A DNA stretch of 64,000 bases from the human T2T-CHM13v2.0 reference genome, Homo sapiens: NCBI RefSeq assembly GCF_009914755.1, contig NC_060925.1; one strand, given 5' to 3'. Below the pieces are notes generated by a model, which did not search any database, was not told the DNA's origin, and saw nothing but the letters and a program-made list of their open reading frames with translations. Position 1 is the first letter of the stretch. Every line of letters begins with the position of its first letter. A program made the translations under genes and the position numbers. Shown piece by piece: positions 56,301 to 64,000 of this stretch.

Positions 56301-59300
56301 ATTCCATTCGAATCCATTCGATGATGAGTCCATCCATTTCTATTTCATGATAATTCCATTCGTTTCAATTCGATGGTGTTTCCATTCGATTCCATTCGAT
56401 GTTGATTCCATTAGTTTCCATTGGATGATGATTCCATTCGAGTCCATTCGATGATGATCACAATGGATTTCATTCCATAATTCTATTCGATTCCATTTGA
56501 TGATGATTCCATCTGATTCCATTTGATGATTCCATTCGTTTCCATCCGATGATGATTCCATTCGATTCCGTTCAATGATTATTCCATTCGACTCCATTCG
56601 ATGATTCCATTCGATTCCATTCGCTGATGATTGCATTCGAGTCCATGGATTCTTCCATTCCATTCCATTAGATGATTCCATTCCAGTCCATTCGATGATT
56701 CTCTTCGATTCCATTCGATAATTCCGTTTGATTCCGTTTGATGTTGATTCCATTCGAGTCCATTCGATGATAATTCCATTCGATTCTTTGCGATGATTCC
56801 ATTCCATTCCATTTGGAGGTAGTTCCATTCGAGACCATTCGTTGATTGCATTCAATTCATTCGATGACCATTCCATTCAATTCCGTTCAATGATTCCATT
56901 AGATTCCATTTGATGATGATTCCATTCGATTCCATTTGATGATGATTCCATGCGATTCCACTAGATGATGACTCCTTTCATTTCCATTCAATGAGGATTC
57001 CATTCGGTTCCATTTGATGATGATTCCTTTGAATTCCATTTGATGACAATTCCATTCAATACCAATTGATGATGTTTATTTTTGATTCCATTTGATGATG
57101 ATTACATTCGATTCCATTTCATCATGATTCCATTCGATTCCACTCGATGATTCCATTCGATTCCATTCAATGATTATTCCACTTGAGTCGATTCGATGAC
57201 TCCATTCGATTGTATTCGATGGTGATTGAATTCGAGTCCATGGATTAATCCATTGCATTCCATTCGATGATTCCATTCGAGTCCATTCGATGATTCTATT
57301 CGATTGCATTCGATAATTCCATTCGATTGCATTCGATAAATCCATTTGATTCCATTTGAGGATAATTCCATTTGAGTCCATTCGATGATTGTTCCATTCG
57401 ATTCTATTCGGTGATTCCATTCGACTTCATTTGATAATGATTCCATTCGAGACCATTCGATGATTCTATTCAATTCCATTCAATAATGATTCCATTCGAG
57501 TCCATTCAACGATTCCATTCAAGTCCATTCGATGATTCCATCTGATTCCATTCAATGAATCCATGCGATTCCATTCTATGATGATTTCATTCATTTCCAT
57601 CTGATGATGTTTCCATTCGATTCCATTCAATGATTCCTTTCGATTCCATTTGATGATGATTTCAATCAATTTCATTCGATGATTCCATTCGAATCCATTC
57701 GATGATGAGTCCATCCATTTCAATTTCATGATAATTCCATTCGTTTCAATTCGATGGTGTTTCCATTCGATTCCATTCGATGTTGATTCCATTAGTTTCC
57801 ATTGGATGATGATTCCATTCGAGTCCATTCGATGATGATCACAATGGATTTCATTCCATAATTCTATTCGATTCCATTTGATGAAGATTCCATCTGATTC
57901 CATTTGATGATTCCATTCGTTTCCATCCGATGATGATTCCATTCGATTCCGTTCAATGATTATTCCATTCGAGTCCATTCGATGATTCCATTCGATTCCA
58001 TTCGCTGATGATTGCATTCGAGTCCATGGATTCTTTCATTCCATTCCATTAGATGATTCCATTCCAGTCCATTCGATGATTCTCTTCGATTCCATTCGAT
58101 AATTCCGTTTGATTCCGTTTGATGTTGATTCCATTCGAGTCCATTCGATGATAATTCCATTCGGTTCTATGCGATGATTCCATTCCATTCCATTTGGAGG
58201 TGGTTCCATTCGAGACCATTCGTTGATTGCATTCAATTCATTCGATGACCATTCCATTCAATTCCGTTCAATGATTCCATTAGATTCCATTTGATGATGA
58301 TTCCATGCGATTCCATTAGATGATGACTCCTTTCATTTCCATTCAACGAGGATTCCATTCGGTTCCATTTGATGATGATTCCTTTGAATTCCATTTGATG
58401 ACAATTCCATTCAATACCAATTGATGATGTTTATTTTTGATTCCATTTGATGATGATTACATTCGATTCCATTTCATCATGATTCCATTCGATTCCACTC
58501 GATGATTCCATTCGATTCCATTCAATGATTATTCCACTTGAGTCGATTCGATGACTCCATTCGATTGTATTCGATGGTGATTGAATTCGAGTCCATGGAT
58601 TAATCCATTGCATTCCATTCGATGATTCCATTCGAGTCCATTCGATGATTCTATTCGATTGCATTCGATAATTCCATTCGATTGCATTCGATAAATCCAT
58701 TTGATTCCATTTGAGGATAATTCCATTTGAGTCCATTCGATGATTGTTCCATTCGATTCTATTCGGTGATTCCATTCGACTTCATTTGATAATGATTCCA
58801 TTCGAGACCATTCGATGATTCTATTCAATTCCATTCAATAATGATTCCATTCGAGTCCATTCAACGATTCCATTCAAGTCCATTCGATGATTCCATCTGA
58901 TTCCATTCAATGAATCCATGCGATTCCATTCTATGATGATTCCATTCATTTCCATCAGATGATGATTCCATTCGATTCCATTCATTGATTCCTTTCGATT
59001 CCATTTGATGATGATTTCAATCAATTTCATTCGATGATTCCATTCGAATCCATTCGATGATGAGTCCATCCATTTCTATTTCATGATAATTCCATTCGTT
59101 TCAATTCGATGGTGTTTCCATTCGATTCCATTCGATGTTGATTCCATTAGTTTCCATTGGATGATGATTCCATTCGAGTCCATTCGATGATGATCACAAT
59201 GGATTTCATTCCATAATTCTATTCGATTCCATTTGATGATGATTCCATCTGATTCCATTTGATGATTCCACTCGTTTCCATCCGATGATGATTCCATTCG

Positions 59301-62300
59301 ATTCCGTTCAATGATTATTCCATTCGAGTCCATTCGATGATTCCATTCGATTCCATTCGCTGATGATTGCATTCGAGTCCATGGATTCTTCCATTCCATT
59401 CCATTAGATGATTCCATTCGAGTCCATTCGATGATTCTCTTCGATTCCATTCGATAATTCCGTTTGATTCCGTTTGATGTTGATTCCATTCGAGTCCATT
59501 CGATGATAATTCCATTCGATTCTATGCGATGATTCCATTCCATTCCATTTGGAGGTGGTTCCATTCGAGACCATTCGTTGATTGCATTCAATTCATTCGA
59601 TGACCATTCCATTCAATTCCGTTCAATGATTCCATTAGATTCCATTTGATGATGATTCCATTCGAATCCATTTGATGATGATTCCATGCGATTCCATTAG
59701 ATGATGACTCCTTTCATTTCCATTCAATGAGGATTCCATTCGGTTCCATTTGATGATGATTCCTTTGAATTCCATTTGATGACAATTCCATTCAATACCA
59801 ATTGATGATGTTTATTTTTGATTCCATTTGATGATGATTACATTCGATTCCATTTCATCATGATTCCATTCGATTCCACTCGATGATTCCATTCGATTCC
59901 ATTCAATGATTATTCCACTTGAGTCGATTCGATGACTCCATTCGATTGTATTCGATGGTGATTGAATTCGAGTCCATGGATTAATCCATTGCATTCCATT
60001 CGATGATTCCATTCGAGTCCATTCGATGATTCTATTCGATTGCATTCGATAATTCCATTCGATTGCATTCGATAAATCCATTTGATTCCATTTGATGATA
60101 ATTCCATTTGAGTCCATTCGATGATTGTTCCATTCGATTCTATTCGGTGATTCCATTCGACTTCATTTGATAATGATTCCATTCGAGACCATTCGATGAT
60201 TCTATTCAATTCCATTCAATAATGATTCCATTGGAGTCCATTCAACGATTCCATTCAAGTCCATTCGATGATTCCATCTGATTCCATTCAATGAATCCAT
60301 GCGATTCCATTCTATGATGATTCCATTCATTTCCATCTGATGATGATTCCATTCGATTCCATTCAATGATTCCTTTCGATTCCATTTGATGATGATTTCA
60401 ATCAATTTCATTCGATGATTCCATTCGAATCCATTCGATGATGAGTCCATCCATTTCTATTTCATGATAATTCCATTCGTTTCAATTCGATGGTGTTTCC
60501 ATTCGATTCCATTCGATGTTGATTCCATTAGTTTCCATTGGATGATGATTCCATTCGAGTCCATTCGATGATGATCACAATGGATTTCATTCCATAATTC
60601 TATTCGATTCCATTTGATGATGATTCCATCTGATTCCATTTGATGATTCCATTCGTTTCCATCCGATGATGATTCCATTCGATTCCGTTCAATGATTATT
60701 CCATTCGACTCCATTCGATGATTCCATTCGATTCCATTCGCTGATGATTGCATTCGAGTCCATGGATTCTTCCATTCCATTCCATTAGATGATTCCATTC
60801 CAGTCCATTCGATGATTCTCTTCGATTCCATTCGATAATTCCGTTTGATTCCGTTTGATGTTGATTCCATTCGAGTCCATTCGATGATAATTCCATTCGA
60901 TTCTTTGCGATGATTCCATTCCATTCCATTTGGAGGTAGTTCCATTCGAGACCATTCGTTGATTGCATTCAATTCATTCGATGACCATTCCATTCAATTC
61001 CGTTCAATGATTCCATTAGATTCCATTTGATGATGATTCCATTCGATTCCATTTGATGATGATTCCATGCGATTCCATTAGATGATGACTCCTTTCATTT
61101 CCATACAATGAGGATTCCATTCGGTTCCATTTGATGATGATTCCTTTGAATTCCATTTGATGACAATTCCATTCAATACCAATTGATGATGTTTATTTTT
61201 GATTCCATTTGATGATGATTACTTTCGATTCCATTTCATCATGATTCCATTCGATTCCACTCGATGATTCCATTCGATTCCATTCAATGATTATTCCACT
61301 TGAGTCGATTCGATGACTCCATTCGATTGTATTCGATGGTGATTGAATTCGAGTCCATGGATTAATCCATTGCATTCCATTCGATGATTCCATTCGAGTC
61401 CATTCGATGTTTCTATTCGATTGCATTCGATAATTCCATTCGATTGCATTCGATAAATCCATTTGATTCCATTTGAGGATAATTCCATTTGAGTCCATTC
61501 GATGATTGTTCCATTCGATTCTATTCGGTGATTCCATTCGACTTCATTTGATAATGATTCCATTCGAGACCATTCGATGATTCTATTCAATTCCATTCAA
61601 TAATGATTCCATTCGAGTCCATTCAACGATTCCATTCAAGTCCATTCGATGATTCCATCTGATTCCATTCAATGAATCCATGCGATTCCATTCTATGATG
61701 ATTCCATTCATTTCCATCTGATGATGATTCCATTCGATTCCATTCAATGATTCCTTTCGATTCCATTTGATGATGATTTCAATCAATTTCATTCGATGAT
61801 TCCATTCGAATCCATTCGATGATGAGTCCATCCATTTCTATTTCATGATAATTCCATTCGTTTCAATTCGATGGTGTTTCCATTCGATTCCATTCGATGT
61901 TGATTCCATTAGTTTCCATTGGATGATGATTCCATTCGAGTCCATTCGATGATGATCACAATGGATTTCATTCCATAATTCTATTCGATTCCATTTGATG
62001 ATGATTCCATCTGATTCCATTTGATGATTCCATTCGTTTCCATCCGATGATGATTCCATTCGATTCCGTTCAATGATTATTCCATTCGACTCCATTCGAT
62101 GATTCCATTCGATTCCATTCGCTGATGATTGCATTCGAGTCCATGGATTCTTCCATTCCATTCCATTAGATGATTCCATTCCAGTCCATTCGATGATTCT
62201 CTTCGATTCCATTCGATAATTCCGTTTGATTCCGTTTGATGTTGATTCCATTCGAGTCCATTCGATGATAATTCCATTCGATTCTATGCGATGATTCCAT

Positions 62301-64000
62301 TCCATTCCATTTGGAGGTGGTTCCATTCGAGACCATTCGTTGATTGCATTCAATTCATTCGATGACCATTCCATTCAATTCCGTTCAATGATTCCATCAG
62401 ATTCCATTTGATGATGATTCCATTCGATTCCATTTGATGATGATTCCATGCGATTCCATTAGATGATGACCCCTTTCATTTCCATTCAATGAGGATTCCA
62501 TTCGGTTCCATTTGATGATGATTCCTTTGAATTCCATTTGATGACAATTCCATTCAATACCAATTGATGATGTTTATTTTTGATTCCATTTGATGATGAT
62601 TACATTCGATTCCATTTCATCATGATTCCATTCGATTCCACTCGATGATTCCATTCGATTCCATTCAATGATTATTCCACTTGAGTCGATTCGATGACTC
62701 CATTCGATTGTATTCGATGGTGATTGAATTCGAGTCCATGGATTAATCCATTGCATTCCATTCGATGATTCCATTCGAGTCCATTCGATGATTCTATTCG
62801 ATTGCATTCGATAATTCCATTCGATTGCATTCGATAAATCCATTTGAATCCATTTGAGGATAATTCCATTTGAGTCCATTCGATGATTGTTCCATTCGAT
62901 TCTATTCGGTGATTCCATTCGACTTCATTTGATAATGATTCCATTCGAGACCATTCGATGATTCTATTCAATTCCATTCAATAATGATTCCATTCGAGTC
63001 CATTCAACGATTCCATTCAAGTCCATTCGATGATTCCATCTGATTCCATTCAATGAATCCATGCGATTCCATTCTATGATGATTCCATTCATTTCCATCT
63101 GATGATGATTCCATTCGATTCCATTCAATGATTCCTTTCGATTCCATTTGATGATGATTTCAATCAATTTCATTCGATGATCCCATTCGAATCCATTCGA
63201 TGATGAGTCCATCCATTTCTATTTCATGATAATTCCATTCGTTTCAATTCGATGGTGTTTCCATTCGATTCCATTCGATGTTGATTCCATTAGTTTCCAT
63301 TGGATGATGATTCCATTCGAGACCATTCGATGATGATCACAATGGATTTCATTCCATAATTCTATTCGATTCCATTTGATGATGATTCCATCTGATTCCA
63401 TTTGATGATTCCATTCGTTTCCATCCGATGATGATTCCATTCGATTCCGTTCAATGATTATTCCATTCGAGTCCATTCGATGATTCCATTCGATTCCATT
63501 CGATGATGATTGCATTCGAGACCATGGATTCTTCCATTCCATTCCATTAGATGATTCCATTCCAGTCCATTCGATGATTCTCTTCGATTCCATTCGATAA
63601 TTCCGTTTGATTCCGTTTGATGTTGATTCCATTCGAGTCCATTCGATGATAATTCCATTCGATTCTATGCGATGATTCCATTCCATTCCATTTGGAGGTG
63701 GTTCCATTCGAGACCATTCGTTGATTGCATTCAATTCATTCGATGACCATTCCATTCAATTCCGTTCAATGATTCCATTAGATTCCATTTGATGATGATT
63801 CCATTCGATTCCATTTGATGATGATTCCATGCGATTCCATTAGATGATGACTCCTTTCATTTCCATTCAATGAGGATTCCACTCGGTTCCATTTGATGAT
63901 GATTCCTTTGAATTCCATTTGATGACAATTCCATTCAATACCAATTGATGATGTTTATTTTTGATTCCATTTGATGATGATTACATTCGATTCCATTTCA
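53350..64000 (+). repeat. Homogeneous domain of 1381/1355-bp monomers containing two copies of a 4117-bp trimer (1355+1381+1381)
   Basis: Domain markers are GATGACCATTCC, CATTCGCTGATG, TTCCACTTGAGTCG and CATTTCATCATG. ORFs 54704/58821 and 56340/60457 are identical pairs offset by 4117. Confidence 0.85.

Larger units (their letters stand above)
1..64000 (+). repeat. Human satellite II (HSat2/HSATII) pericentromeric tandem array, CATTC strand on +
   Basis: Continuous CATTCGATTCCATTCGATGATGATTC-like 23/26-bp units with dense TCGA (TaqI) and GANTC (HinfI) sites. The CATTCGATTC/GATGAT motifs distinguish HSat2 from the purer (CATTC)n HSat3. No unique sequence or strand switch was seen. Confidence 0.97.
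1..64000 (+). repeat. ~1.3-1.4-kb nested tandem monomer (about 48 copies; common lengths 1407/1406, 1381/1380, 1358, 1355, 1347, 1321, 1312)
   Basis: A once-per-unit landmark (GGAGGTGGTTCCATTCGAGACC region; minus-strand MESSSNELNAINEW ORF start) falls at ~1167, 2574, 3921, 4867, 6274, 7621, 8567, 9972, 11378, 12785, 14106 ... 59612, 60993, 62374, 63755. Confidence 0.93.

Noticed and set aside
28855-59280. Single variants shared between ~29 kb and ~58-59 kb (GATTCTTTCATT, CCACTCGTTTCC)
   Set aside because: They are isolated SNVs with inconsistent spacing, so recurrent mutation explains them as well as a long-range duplication would.
275-63755. Many minus-strand ORFs of 60-326 aa as protein-coding genes
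   Set aside because: They are low-complexity translations of the GAATG/ATC repeat. They overlap in several frames, recur with every monomer, are broken by arbitrary stops and frameshifts, and show no recognisable domain.
1-64000. CRISPR-like array or prokaryotic repeat system
   Set aside because: There are no unique spacers between conserved repeats and no cas-like ORFs. All sequence is degenerate satellite.
1-64000. Embedded Alu/L1/LTR insertion or inversion breakpoint
   Set aside because: I saw no poly(A) tail, non-satellite sequence or switch to GAATG on the + strand.
1-64000. HSat3, alpha satellite or CENP-B boxes
   Set aside because: Pure CATTC runs reach only about three copies, CATTCGATTC/GATGAT motifs dominate, and there is no 171-bp period.

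Overview
The whole 64-kb window is one uninterrupted, single-orientation array of human/hominid classical satellite II (HSat2/HSATII): diverged (CATTC)n arranged as 23/26-bp CATTCGATTCCATTCGAT(GAT)GAT units and nested into a ~1.3-1.4-kb tandem monomer. I count about 48 monomer landmarks. The ~1.4-kb period suggests the chr1q12 (HSat2A-type) pericentromeric array, but that is inference. I find no credible gene, RNA gene, transposon, CRISPR array or unique insertion, and no support for a new gene system. The minus-strand ORFs arise because the GAATG strand is poor in stop codons. What is interesting is the array architecture. A heterogeneous proximal domain (~1-34 kb) mixes two monomer subtypes, and more homogeneous distal domains follow (1380, ~1407 and 1381 bp). 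There are local higher-order repeats (3700, ~4126/2719, 2813/4220, 4117 bp), truncated monomers from microhomology-bounded deletions (946 and 764 bp), a scrambled monomer at ~29.1-29.5 kb, indels in steps of 26/49/75 bp, and an old internal duplication inside the monomer. Unit lengths come from offsets of homologous ORF-track landmarks and manual reading. Domain boundaries are approximate.
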